From Armatimonadota bacterium (lineage in GTDB: Bacteria; Armatimonadota; UBA10988), in assembly GCA_016235455.1 (NCBI GenBank), contig JACRKZ010000012.1, positions 1 to 64,000 on the forward strand: 64,000 nucleotides of DNA, given 5' to 3'. Positions 37,401 to 46,813 of this stretch are shown here, piece after piece. Positions within the stretch are counted from its first letter, which is position 1, and each line of letters begins with the position of its first letter. Position numbers and translations under genes: made by a program. Under the pieces are notes generated by a model. The model did no database searches. It worked only from the letters and a program-made list of their open reading frames with translations, and was not told the origin of the DNA.

Positions 37401-38370
37401 CGGCTTCTTCGCCGACAATTACCGCGTCGAACTGTTCGACACGGCCGACGCCGCGGCGCCCAGTCGCACGGTCTCGGCGCGCCAGGCCAGCCTGGATGTG
37501 CGGCCGGTGGGCGACGAGCAGGAAGTCTGGGCGCGCGTGGCCGTGGTCGACGGGGCCGACGGCGGCGGCGCGTGGAGCGACAGGTTCCGTCTCAGCCTGC
37601 CGCGGCCGGGCCGGCTGGTGCTCGACCTGGCCCGGCAGAACCCGCGGGTCACCAACTCGCCCGACACCGCCTTCCGGCCGATCATCGTGGGCGGCGTGAG
37701 CCAGCCGAGCCTGTTTGAGCATCCGTCGATCAAGGAGATCACCTGGGCGACCGCCGAGTTCACCGGCCAGTTGCCGTCCGTGACGGCCGGGCGACGTCTC
37801 CTGTTTGTGGCCGACCTGGGCCTCAAGGACGGCGCGACGTTGAGCGACGGCGTGCGCTTCGCCGTGTCGGGCAACGGCCGTGACCGCTTCGAGCAACTGG
37901 TCAAGCCCGATGGCGCCTGGCATGCGGTCGAGGTCGATCTGACGGACCTGGCCGGCCAGGCGCTGTCGCTGGTGCTCAAGGTGCACCCGAACGCCCACTC
38001 CGCCGCCGACTGGGCCGCCTGGGCCGAGCCGCGCGTGCTGCTGGTAGGGCCCGGCGTGGTCGACCTGCCCACGGTGGTCGGCATCACCGCACTGGGCAAG
38101 GAGGTCCGCGGCCGCGTCACGCTGCGCTGGCAGGAGAAGACCTCCGACGGCCGGCTATGGCCTCAACTGGCGGGCTTCAGCGGCTATCGCGTGTACCGCG
38201 GCGCGGACCGTGGCTTCCAGCCGGGCGCCGCCAACCGGCTGGGCGAGAGCAAGACCTCCCAGTTCGTCGACGCGACGTTCGACGGGCGCGAGACCTACTA
38301 CCGCGTCACCGCCGCGATGGCCGACGGCAGCGAGTCGCCGCCATCGGAGGCGGTGCAGTACGCGCCTTAA
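37357..38370 (+). pseudogene. C-terminal fragment (Fn3, NPCBM-like, Fn3) in +1 frame relative to the upstream ORF
   Basis: No credible start or RBS; the coding-like sequence begins mid-Fn3 (FFADNYRVEL) at the upstream stop; SDGVRF...EVDLTDLAGQ...DWAAWAEPRV. Confidence 0.55.
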
Positions 38371-40400
38371 CGGCGGCGCACCAGGCCCGCGACCGGCTCC
38401 ACGTCAAGCGCCCAGCGCTGCTGGCCGTGGGTGACGTTGACCGTCGCCCGCTCGCCGTCCGGCTGGCAGGTGACCAGCGCCGCGACGCCGTCGAGCGCCA
38501 CGGTCCAGGCATACCACGTGGCCGCTGCCTGTCGGCGGAAGAGGACCATGGGCGGCTGCTCGGCAGTGCTGGCGCCCACGCCAACGCCGCACAGCGCCTC
38601 GGTGGCTTCGCCCGGCGCCAAAGAGAGCACGGTGTCGGCGCCCGCCGCGGGCTTGACCGACAGGCTCAGGCCCTGACCCGCGCCGCGCGTCGTGGCCTTG
38701 GCCAGATGCTGATAGCCGGCCTTCGCCGGCGGTGTCCAGGGCTGGCCGGCCGGTAGATCGGCCCAGGCGCCGCTGAGATGCACAGCCAGGTCGAGCGTGC
38801 GCGGCTTGTCGCACACCACCCGGTCGACGATCAACGCCACCGTGTCACTCAGCAGCACCGCCGCGCGCCGGAAGCTGACGCCGGGGTAGATGGGGCCGGC
38901 ATCGGTGACGACATAGCGCAGGCCGGCCTCGCCTGAGAAGCCCAGGCAACTGCCAGTGGCCGGCGCCTGGTTGGCCTCATCCACCACCAGCGTGTTGTGC
39001 GCCAGCGTGGTCTTGTCCCAAGAGCCGTGCAGCGGTGAGCCGTAGGCATGGCTGCCGCTGTCGGGCAGGCGGTCGGCACGCTGGGTGCGCAGCACGAAGT
39101 GGTTCTTGTCCGGATGCCCGTGACCGCCGCCGTGCGGACCATACTTAAGGCACAGCCAGGTGGCCCCCTCGCCGTCGCCGGCCTGCAGCATGGCGTAGCC
39201 GCTGGCCGGGCTGTTGGCGCTGCCGCGCACCGCGGCGGCGCCCGCCTGGGGCAACTCCGCCTCGCCGTAGAGCAGGGCCAGCCGCCCCGTGCGCGGCCCA
39301 CCGGCCAGCAGCGGCAGATAGGCCGGGTCGTGGTACTTGGCATAGGCCAGGTCGTAGCTGTCGCGCCGGCCCTTGAGGTCGACCGTGCCGCTGTCGTTGA
39401 AGGCCGGCATCAGCAGATCCGGCGTGGCCAGCGCCAAGGGCGCGTCGAACATGGTCTTGAGGCGCGGCGACCACAGGTTGACCCCGCAATGCTCGGCGGC
39501 GATGGCCAACGGCATCAGACCGTCAATCGTGAAGAAGTGGTAGCCGCTGGCGCCTTCGAACCACATGCCATCGTCTTGGATGCCCTTGGCCACCTGCTGG
39601 CGGAAGCCGCCGCGCGTGTCAGCCGTGGCGCGGTCGACGAGCTGTTGGTCGCCCAGCAGCAGCCCGGTCAGGCCGATGGCGCTGGCCAGCCGGCAGTGGA
39701 TGTTGTGCACCTGCCCGAAGCCGGGCAGCAGCACGCGCTCGACGCACGGCCGCAGCAGACCGGCCTCGACCGCGGCGCGCTCCTGGGCCGAGCTGTCGGC
39801 CCACACCAGATCGGCCGCCTGCGCGATGGGTATCAGCCACGACGCCTCGGTCAGCGACTGCGAGTGGACGCGGGCGCCGCGGCCGAGCCGGCCCTGGTTG
39901 TCGTGCAGCTCGTACTTGAGGTAGTGCTCGGCATAGGCGGCCAGGATGGCCTTGGCCCGCGCCAGGTAGCGCGGCTCGCGGGTCATCTGCCACAGCAGGC
40001 CGGCATCGCAGGCCTGCTGGGCCAGTTGCCCATGCACACCGGCGATGGCGTTGCCGTCGAAGTCCAGCGTCGCCTTGGCCGGGTTGCCCAGCAGCGTGTG
40101 CGGCCCGACGGGGCAAGTATGCTCCCACTGCCACGGCCCGAGGCGTCTGCCCTGCTTCAGACGGGCGCCATGGTCGGGGCAGACGTAGTTGTGGCTCCAG
40201 TTGCCGCCGCGCGGCGGCAGCGCCAGCGGCTCGGCGACGGCGCGGTCGACATCGGCGCGGAAGCCGGACCAGCGCGCGGCCCAGCCGGGCCGCGCCACCT
40301 TGGCGCGCAGCGCGGCCAGGTCGGCGGCGTTGACCAGCAAACGCGGCGTGGGCGGCAGGTCGGCGGCCACCAGCAGCGCTGCGAGGAGGACCATCTGCAT
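38367..40400 (-). CDS. Alginate lyase / heparinase II/III-like protein (PL17-like)
   Basis: QSLTEASWL, VHNIH, DDGMWFEGASGYHFF, PAFNDS, HGGGHGHPDK, AHNTLVVD. Confidence 0.85.
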   Translation of the reverse strand: MQMVLLAALLVAADLPPTPRLLVNAADLAALRAKVARPGWAARWSGFRADVDRAVAEPLALPPRGGNWSHNYVCPDHGARLKQGRRLGPWQWEHTCPVGPHTLLGNPAKATLDFDGNAIAGVHGQLAQQACDAGLLWQMTREPRYLARAKAILAAYAEHYLKYELHDNQGRLGRGARVHSQSLTEASWLIPIAQAADLVWADSSAQERAAVEAGLLRPCVERVLLPGFGQVHNIHCRLASAIGLTGLLLGDQQLVDRATADTRGGFRQQVAKGIQDDGMWFEGASGYHFFTIDGLMPLAIAAEHCGVNLWSPRLKTMFDAPLALATPDLLMPAFNDSGTVDLKGRRDSYDLAYAKYHDPAYLPLLAGGPRTGRLALLYGEAELPQAGAAAVRGSANSPASGYAMLQAGDGEGATWLCLKYGPHGGGHGHPDKNHFVLRTQRADRLPDSGSHAYGSPLHGSWDKTTLAHNTLVVDEANQAPATGSCLGFSGEAGLRYVVTDAGPIYPGVSFRRAAVLLSDTVALIVDRVVCDKPRTLDLAVHLSGAWADLPAGQPWTPPAKAGYQHLAKATTRGAGQGLSLSVKPAAGADTVLSLAPGEATEALCGVGVGASTAEQPPMVLFRRQAAATWYAWTVALDGVAALVTCQPDGERATVNVTHGQQRWALDVEPVAGLVRRR

Positions 40401-41728
40401 CACTTGGCCTCCGGCCGAGTAAAGCCGATCGAGCGGATGCGCATGGTCTTGCCCGGCTGTCCGCCGGGACCCGGATCGACGCGCAACTGCGAGATGAGCC
40501 CCTTGTACTCGGGATGCGTACCCAGGTCGACGGCGTAGACGTGCCACACTCCGTCACCGATCAGCGGCACCGTCTTGACCCGCTCACCGGCCATGCCGGG
40601 CTGGCCCGTGCAGCGCCAGAACACCTCCAGGTTGCCCGGCGCGCCGTCGTAGGCCGCCTCGACGTAGAGTGTCGGCGCACTGGCAGCGGGGAACAAGACC
40701 AGCGGGCTGAGCATCTGCGGGTCGGCCTGGTCGACGTTGACCTTCAGCTCGCCGGTGATCGGCCAGCCGGTGTCGGTGGCCAGGTGATAGACCCAGTGCT
40801 GGCGGTCGGCCCCGAAGCGCCACACCGGCGGCGCGGGCTTGGGTGCGTGCTGGTAGACGTGGTCGCGGATCTGGGCCAGTTGGCCGACGATCAGCGTGTA
40901 CTGGAACTCGTAGGTGATGTTCCAGTCGAGGATCTCCGAGTGCAGCGGCGCGATGTAGCCGGTCGGACCGTCCTTGGGGCCGCCCTTGCCGGGTGCCCCG
41001 GCGAACCCGCCGAGGAACTGCACCACGCCTGGCTCCCAGATACCCAGGCCGAAGCCCTTGTCATCGACCAGCGCGGCCCAGTTCTCCGTGGCGGTCCACC
41101 CGGTCCACGGCATCTTGGCCGGGATCTGGGACAGTTCGCCGCCGGTATACGGCGCATCGCCCTGATAGGTCATCAGCTTCCACCACGGACCGTTGGTATA
41201 GACCGCGGGCAACTCCTGATGCCGGCCGGTGTACTGCGTCTTGTCAGAGCGCGCGTTGACCATGCGCGAGCGCACCTTGGCCGTGGCGCCGTCGAGGGTA
41301 ATCCAGCACTCGAAGACGCACTCGCCCGGCTCGTTGTTCAACGGCCACTGCATGGGCACGCACTTGACGTACAGCTCCCGGCCGTCGTTGCGTTGCTCGA
41401 GCAGCTTGGAGCGATGGCCATAGCAGTCGCCCGACTGGATGGGATTCCAGCCCAGTCCGGCCCATTCGGGCCGCGGCTGTTTGCCGTTGGGGGCAAATGG
41501 GTTGGGCCCCGAGTAGTGCGACATCTGGATCTGACGACCCCAGTCGAACGAGTTGATCAGGTTCTGGTCCGAACCGCTGGGCGACACCCAGGTGATGGCA
41601 CCGCCCAGGTCGAGGTTCACCCCGACCTTGATCGTGCCGTTGTCGATGCTGCTCACGCGGTCCTCAGCGCAACCGGCTGTGGCCATGGCCATCACTCCCA
41701 TCAACACCCACCAACCTGCTCTCATCAC
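40400..41728 (-). CDS. Secreted or lipoprotein hypothetical protein (beta-sandwich, C-terminal CBM-like)
   Basis: Signal ending ATAGC; NLINSFDWGRQIQMSHYSGP, WNPIQSGD, QELPAVY; TGATG coupling to the lyase gene. Confidence 0.7.
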   Translation of the reverse strand: MMRAGWWVLMGVMAMATAGCAEDRVSSIDNGTIKVGVNLDLGGAITWVSPSGSDQNLINSFDWGRQIQMSHYSGPNPFAPNGKQPRPEWAGLGWNPIQSGDCYGHRSKLLEQRNDGRELYVKCVPMQWPLNNEPGECVFECWITLDGATAKVRSRMVNARSDKTQYTGRHQELPAVYTNGPWWKLMTYQGDAPYTGGELSQIPAKMPWTGWTATENWAALVDDKGFGLGIWEPGVVQFLGGFAGAPGKGGPKDGPTGYIAPLHSEILDWNITYEFQYTLIVGQLAQIRDHVYQHAPKPAPPVWRFGADRQHWVYHLATDTGWPITGELKVNVDQADPQMLSPLVLFPAASAPTLYVEAAYDGAPGNLEVFWRCTGQPGMAGERVKTVPLIGDGVWHVYAVDLGTHPEYKGLISQLRVDPGPGGQPGKTMRIRSIGFTRPEAK

Positions 41729-41773
41729 GCTCTCCGTGGCCGTTGGGACGCACTGGGCGCCCGGCCGTTCCCA

Positions 41774-43420
41774 TCATGCACCATACAGCCCCAAGACGAG
41801 GGCGTCGAGGGCTGGCGAGCCCCCACCCCAACCCTCCCCGCGAGCGGGGAGGGAGTCGAGTGACCGCGCCACCGCCACCAAGGCCGCATCGGCCTCCGCC
41901 GACCAGGCCGGCAGCGGCACCGCGCCCAGCGTGAAGGCCTCGACGTTGACCTGGATGAACCGCGCGGCGTACCAGCGATTGAGCGGCCCTGAGTTCAGCA
42001 AGGCGGCCAGCGCGTCGAGGCTCCAGGGGCAGTCGTCGCGCGGGATGACCATGAGCAGATTGTTGCTGGCCAGATACTCGCCTGCGAGGTCGGCCGCGGC
42101 GACGATGCGTTGGGGCAGGGCCGGCTTGCGCATGGCATGGACCAGCAGCTTGGGCCGTCGCTGGCGCGCCAACTCGCCGGGCGGCAGGCCGTCAAGCGCC
42201 ACCCGCACCAGTTCGCCGGTCGGCGCCAGCCAGAACGGCCGCACTCCGCGCGCGGCGGTGAGCATCGGCTGGCCCGCCGGGTCGGCGACCAGATGCGACT
42301 TGTAGAACCCATCGTGCAGGCTGGCCACGTCGTCCAGCCGCGGGTGGTGACAGCCCAGGCCCTCGTCCTGGCCGAGGACGAACACGGTGTCGGGCTCGTC
42401 CAGCCAGACGCGTGGGTCCACGGTGCGCTGCGCCAGGCTGGTCGGGTCGGTGTCGAGCGGTCGCGCCAGGCCATGCCAGCCCACCGTCGCCCGCGCGGCC
42501 GGCTCTGCGCGCCGCAGAGCCAGCAGCACCGGCACCATGTCGCGGGCGCCTGCGAACACGCCCTTGCGGTAGACCTCAACATGATCTAAAGCGTTTGAGG
42601 TGAGCAGCCAACGGCGTAGCGACCGGCCGCGGCGCGTGCTCAGCCAGCTCTCGGGCAGCACGAACCCCACCCGGCCGCCGTCGCGCACCTGCCGGTGTGC
42701 GGCACGCAGGAACGCGGCCTCGGAACTGGGCTCGCCCGGATCGAGCAGACCCGCCGACGCCAGCCGGGCGCGGCAAGCCCGGTCGAATGCCAAACCCCAC
42801 GGCGGGTTGCCGATGACCAGATCGAACCGGCCGTGCCAACGCGTATCGAGCAGGCCGTCGCCCAGGCTGACCCGCTCGACGGCCTGGGCGGCGCTCAGGC
42901 CCGCCGCGCACAGCGCCCGCCGTGCCGCCAATACGGCCAGCGGGTCGCCGTCGACGCCCCACACGTCATTGACGCCACGGCGCAGCAACTCAACGAGAAA
43001 CGCGCCGGCACCACAAGCCGGGTCGAGCGCGGCGCCCCTGGTGGCACCGGCCGCCAGAGCGGTGGATTGCGGGCCTGCCCGGGAGTGCACCGGCCAGGAG
43101 GCCGGCGCCACCAGAGAGACCAGCCGCTCGACCAGCCAGGGCGGCGTGTAGTAGGCGCCGAGGCCGCGTCGTCCGCCGCGATGGCGTGTCAGCCGGCCGT
43201 CCTCGACGCTCACCCCGGCCAACGCCTCGGCGGCTTCGGCGGGTTCGCATCGGGCCTCGGCCGGCCACACGTCGGTGTCAGTGATGCCGGCCAGCAGTCG
43301 CGGGTCACCGTCGCCCAGCACCAGGCTCAGCCCGGCGGCCAGCAGACGCGGCGCTGCCGGCAGGTCGGTCCGTTGGTCATAGCACACCTGCGCGGCGGCC
43401 AGGAGCTCCGACGGGCTCAC
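41774..43420 (-). CDS. Amino (N6-adenine) DNA methyltransferase, gamma/TaqI-Eco57I-like, no adjacent endonuclease
   Basis: GAYYTPPWLV, LDPACGAGAFL (motif I), IGNPPW (motif IV), LAALLNS TaqI_C-like tail; GTGA overlap with the ppk2 stop. Confidence 0.82.
   Translation of the reverse strand: MSPSELLAAAQVCYDQRTDLPAAPRLLAAGLSLVLGDGDPRLLAGITDTDVWPAEARCEPAEAAEALAGVSVEDGRLTRHRGGRRGLGAYYTPPWLVERLVSLVAPASWPVHSRAGPQSTALAAGATRGAALDPACGAGAFLVELLRRGVNDVWGVDGDPLAVLAARRALCAAGLSAAQAVERVSLGDGLLDTRWHGRFDLVIGNPPWGLAFDRACRARLASAGLLDPGEPSSEAAFLRAAHRQVRDGGRVGFVLPESWLSTRRGRSLRRWLLTSNALDHVEVYRKGVFAGARDMVPVLLALRRAEPAARATVGWHGLARPLDTDPTSLAQRTVDPRVWLDEPDTVFVLGQDEGLGCHHPRLDDVASLHDGFYKSHLVADPAGQPMLTAARGVRPFWLAPTGELVRVALDGLPPGELARQRRPKLLVHAMRKPALPQRIVAAADLAGEYLASNNLLMVIPRDDCPWSLDALAALLNSGPLNRWYAARFIQVNVEAFTLGAVPLPAWSAEADAALVAVARSLDSLPARGEGWGGGSPALDALVLGLYGA
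41820..41855. repeat. REP-like palindromic element inside the methyltransferase CDS
   Basis: CCCCCACCCCAA-CCCTCCCCGC-GA-GCGGGGAGGG-AG; read in frame as LPARGEGWGGG. Confidence 0.7.
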
Positions 43421-44256
43421 GCGGTGCCGCCGTGTTCCTTGCGCCAGGCCGCGAGCGCCACGCGCTGGGCGGTGCCCACCTCGTCGAGCGCCTCCTGCCA
43501 GTCATCGGCCAGCGGCTCCATCAGCTTGACCAGCGTGTGCGCCAGGGCCAGGTCGCGGAACCACTTGGCGTCGGCGGGCACGATGTACCAGGGCGCCTTC
43601 TCGCTCGCGCAGCGACCGATGGCCTCGGAGTAGGCCGCCTGGTACTCATCCCACAGCTGCCGCTCCTCCCAGTCGCCGGGATTGAGCTTCCACGCCTTGG
43701 TGGGATCCTGTTCGCGGTCGAGCAGCCGCTGTTTCTGCTCATCGGGCGAGATGTGCAGCCAGAACTTCGCGATCACCGTGCGGTTGTCGGCCAGCAGGTC
43801 TTCAAACGCGTTGATCTGGTCATAGCGCGCTCGCCACACCTTCTCGGGCACGAGCTTGTGCACCCGAACGATGCCGACCTCTTCGTAGTGCGAGCGGTTG
43901 AAGATGGTCACCTGGCCCTTGCCCGGTGTCTCACGATGTACGCGCCACAGGAAGTCGTGGGCAGCCTCCACCGTCGACGGCACCTTGAAGCTGACCACGC
44001 TGGTGCCCTGCGTATTGAGTCCCTCGGACAGCTTGTTGATGGCGCCGTCCTTGCCGCCGGCGTCCATGCCCTGCAGAACCACCAGCAGGCTGTGCGTGCT
44101 GGCGCCATACATCAGCTCCTGCAGCTCGGCCAGCCGCTGATGCAGCTTGGCGGTCTCCTCGCGCGCGCCCTCCTTGTCCAGCCCGTCGGGCGGGCTGGTG
44201 TCGACATCGCGCAGGTCCAGCTTGGTCGACTCGGTCACGGCATGGACGTATCTCAT
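43417..44256 (-). CDS. ppk2: Polyphosphate kinase 2 family (class III-like)
   Basis: LQGMDAGGKDG Walker A, HDFLWRVH, FNRSHYEE Walker B, APWYIVPADAKWFR; GGAG RBS. Confidence 0.93.
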   Translation of the reverse strand: MRYVHAVTESTKLDLRDVDTSPPDGLDKEGAREETAKLHQRLAELQELMYGASTHSLLVVLQGMDAGGKDGAINKLSEGLNTQGTSVVSFKVPSTVEAAHDFLWRVHRETPGKGQVTIFNRSHYEEVGIVRVHKLVPEKVWRARYDQINAFEDLLADNRTVIAKFWLHISPDEQKQRLLDREQDPTKAWKLNPGDWEERQLWDEYQAAYSEAIGRCASEKAPWYIVPADAKWFRDLALAHTLVKLMEPLADDWQEALDEVGTAQRVALAAWRKEHGGTA

Positions 44257-44347
44257 GGCGCTGCTCCAGGACATCAGAATCGGCGTGCGCCGGCCGATTC
44301 CTCCGTGCCCGAGCAGGGCCGGCGAGGTAGCCGGCGAACAACGGGCC

Positions 44348-45172
44348 ATGCCCCATCGCCGCCAGCACGACAACGAGCCCGTCTATCGTGAGCAACTCCG
44401 GTCCACCCGCTGGGAACAGCGGCGCCAGGCGTTGCGCCTGCTCATCGTGCTGGACCCGCCCGATCTGCTCGATCTGCTCATCAACGCGCTCGGCGACCGG
44501 GCTCGTGGTGTGCGCCGCGTGGCCTCGGGCGCGCTGGCCGGGCTGGGCTCACCGGCCTACCCGGCGCTGCTCGCGCGCATCGAAGACGCCCAGTCGGGTC
44601 CCTGGTGCACCGTCGTACTGGCCAGCACGTTCGCCGGCCGCCAGGCGCTGGCGGCGCTGCCCGAGGCCGGACTGGCCTATTTGCGCCGCGCGCTGGCCTT
44701 GCCCGACCTGCACTCGGGCCATCTGCTGCATCTGACGCAGGCCCTGGCCATCGGTCCGATGCCCGCCGTGGGCGACCTCCTCCTGCCGCTGCTCGAGCAC
44801 GAGTCTATCCGCGTGCGGGCCGCGGCGTGGCGGGCGTTGGTCAGCCGTGACGAGCGGCGCCTGCTGGCCTGGGCGGTGGCGCAGACCCGCTGGTCGGTGT
44901 TCACTGTGCCGGTGGTGCGGTGGCTCGGCGAGAGCGGCAGCATCGAGGCCATCGCGCCGCTGCGGCGGCTCTGTGGCCTGCGCGCCTGGCTGTCGGTGAG
45001 CGCGGTGGTCCGCGCCGCGGCCAAGGCCGCCCTGGCCCAGGTCATCGAGTCCACGCGCCACATCCCCGACGCGGCGCTGACCCATGCGGCGCCGCCCGGC
45101 ACGGAGCCCGGCGCGGCCGCGCTCAGCCTGTGGGCCGAGGAGATGGCCGTGGACGACGAGGACGACGCGTAG
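44348..45172 (+). CDS. HEAT/PBS-repeat protein
   Basis: LINALGDRARGVRRVASGALAGLG, LLEHESIRVRAAAWRAL, VVRAAAKAAL. Confidence 0.75.
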   Translation: MPHRRQHDNEPVYREQLRSTRWEQRRQALRLLIVLDPPDLLDLLINALGDRARGVRRVASGALAGLGSPAYPALLARIEDAQSGPWCTVVLASTFAGRQALAALPEAGLAYLRRALALPDLHSGHLLHLTQALAIGPMPAVGDLLLPLLEHESIRVRAAAWRALVSRDERRLLAWAVAQTRWSVFTVPVVRWLGESGSIEAIAPLRRLCGLRAWLSVSAVVRAAAKAALAQVIESTRHIPDAALTHAAPPGTEPGAAALSLWAEEMAVDDEDDA

Positions 45173-45285
45173 CCGCCCCCAAACACCGCCGGCCGGACCA
45201 CGCCCACTTGGGATGAGCCGTCGCTCGTGGGTAGATCGTGGTGCCGGCCGTCGGCTGGACGAGTTGGAGTGAGGGAGGGCTGTTG

Positions 45286-45507
45286 CTAGCGCTCGGAGCT
45301 CCAACCTTTGGGTGCCGGCAGGACTGCCGAAGTGCCGCGCGCGGTGCGCGCCTGGCGGCTGGTCCCGCTGGCCGAGGCCTGGGCGAACTTGGCCGTCACC
45401 GGGCCGTTGGTCGTGCCACGCAGCAGCGCGAAGGCGCTACCGGCAACGAGCAACAGGGCGACGGGCAAGACCCAGACCGGAACACGTGACTTGGTGGTAT
45501 GGCGCAT
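45286..45507 (-). CDS. Small exported or membrane-anchored hypothetical protein downstream of DUF1559 gene
   Basis: ATG 12 nt after the DUF1559 stop with GAGA RBS; basic N-terminus plus hydrophobic helix. Confidence 0.55.
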   Translation of the reverse strand: MRHTTKSRVPVWVLPVALLLVAGSAFALLRGTTNGPVTAKFAQASASGTSRQARTARGTSAVLPAPKGWSSER

Positions 45508-45519
45508 GGTGTCTATCTC

Positions 45520-46290
45520 TTATTGGCCATGGTGCATGTACGGGCTGCAGGGATAGCCCGCGTAGGCACCTTCGGTGCTGTCCAAACTGTTCGCGTAGAA
45601 GTCGTCGCCACCGGCCCACTTGACGTGGCCGTCGCAGTAGCCCAGGTTGAACCCGCCCGTGTGGCGGAAGAACGCCGCCGGGTTGGGTGACGGGTCGAAC
45701 CCGCAGGTCGCGGCCGAGCCGAAGGCGAAGCCGGGCACCGGGTCGAAGGTGAAGTAGTAGCCCTCCACCAGCAACGCGGCGGCACTGGGATGGACGCTCT
45801 GCTCGGGCCCGGCGTAGTGCCCCCACGGCGGCGCGGAGCCGGGCGCAAAGGACGCCGAGCCGGTGGGGAAGCCGGCGAACATGGCCGTGCCCCACCAGTT
45901 GTAGTAGTCGAACGGCAGCCAGCTGGCCCAGCAGTAGTTGGCGGCCACGCGATACGGTCCGCCGACGCCATCGTACGCGGCCGGGTCGCGCGGGGCGCTG
46001 GGACACAGGAAGACCTGCTGGTTCTTCACGTACGGGCCGGCCAGCTCCATCCAAGAGGCGTAGCCCACGCCGGACGGCGTGGCCCAGTCGGGCGCCCACA
46101 ACTCGTCGTAGTCGGCCGAGTACATGCGCACACCGGTGAGCACCTGCTTGAGGTTCGAGCTGCATGAGCTCTGACGCGCCTTCTCGCGGGCCTTGGCGAA
46201 GACCGGAAAGAGGATCGCCGCCAGGATCGCGATGATCGCGATGACCACCAGCAGCTCGATGAGCGTGAAACCGTGCTGTCGCCGACGCAT
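45520..46290 (-). CDS. Prepilin-type N-terminal cleavage/methylation, DUF1559 and H-X9-DG domain protein
   Basis: [31 protein letters not shown]; FLCPSA; [15 protein letters not shown]; GGAGG RBS. Confidence 0.92.
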   Translation of the reverse strand: MRRRQHGFTLIELLVVIAIIAILAAILFPVFAKAREKARQSSCSSNLKQVLTGVRMYSADYDELWAPDWATPSGVGYASWMELAGPYVKNQQVFLCPSAPRDPAAYDGVGGPYRVAANYCWASWLPFDYYNWWGTAMFAGFPTGSASFAPGSAPPWGHYAGPEQSVHPSAAALLVEGYYFTFDPVPGFAFGSAATCGFDPSPNPAAFFRHTGGFNLGYCDGHVKWAGGDDFYANSLDSTEGAYAGYPCSPYMHHGQ

Positions 46291-46312
46291 GGGAGTTCAA
46301 CCTCCGTGGCGT

Positions 46313-46339
46313 CTATCGGCCGATGTCACACGCGCTTAA
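46313..46339 (-). promoter_or_regulatory. Candidate sigma28 (FliA/SigD-type) promoter
   Basis: TTAA-15 nt-GCCGATAG, compared with consensus TAAA-N15-GCCGATAA. Confidence 0.45.
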
Positions 46340-46524
46340 GGTTAAAATCCCCCACGACCGGCCTTATGTTGCCCCAGCCGGGTCCGCCGACTCGGCTCGC
46401 CACCCGGGTTCCAGAACCGATCCCGCTGCCCAGGCGGCGCGGGTTGGCAATGATGAGCACGAACGGCGTTCGGCCCGACTCGGCCCGACTCACGACGGCT
46501 TATCCTGAAACCCGCGCCGGGCGC

Positions 46525-46554
46525 TTGATCCGGGGTACCCGGGCGCTATATAAC
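46525..46554 (+). promoter_or_regulatory. Candidate sigma70 promoter preceding a long structured leader
   Basis: TTGATC, then 16-18 nt, then TATATA/TATAAC in an AT-rich patch. Confidence 0.45.
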
Positions 46555-46813
46555 GGTAATTGGCTATTTCAGCGGCCGACTTGTCGGCCGTTGGGAAAGC
46601 GCCGCAATGACGCGGCGCGCCATGGCCCGTCCGCCTTGGACAGCGGAGCGGGTCATTGGTTGCCACACGAGCCGCGACGATCGACGGATCGGCGAGGTTC
46701 TGGACGGGGGCTCACCGACGAGCCCAAGCGCGGTCGCGTCGCAAGGTGGTTGCGCCGGCCGCAGGTGCGAACCGCTGGGAAACTCCCGGCGCAGCTCTGA
46801 GGGAGGGCTGAAC

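Noticed and set aside
30470-43420. TA pair plus methyltransferase as a defence island
   Set aside because: They are about 11 kb apart, separated by CAZyme and signalling genes, with no nuclease, helicase or mobility genes.
46600-46800. Assignment as c-di-GMP-I/II or c-di-AMP riboswitch
   Set aside because: The conserved cores (e.g. GGCAAAC...GAAA...GACGCAAAG) are not present, so it is left as an unassigned structured leader.
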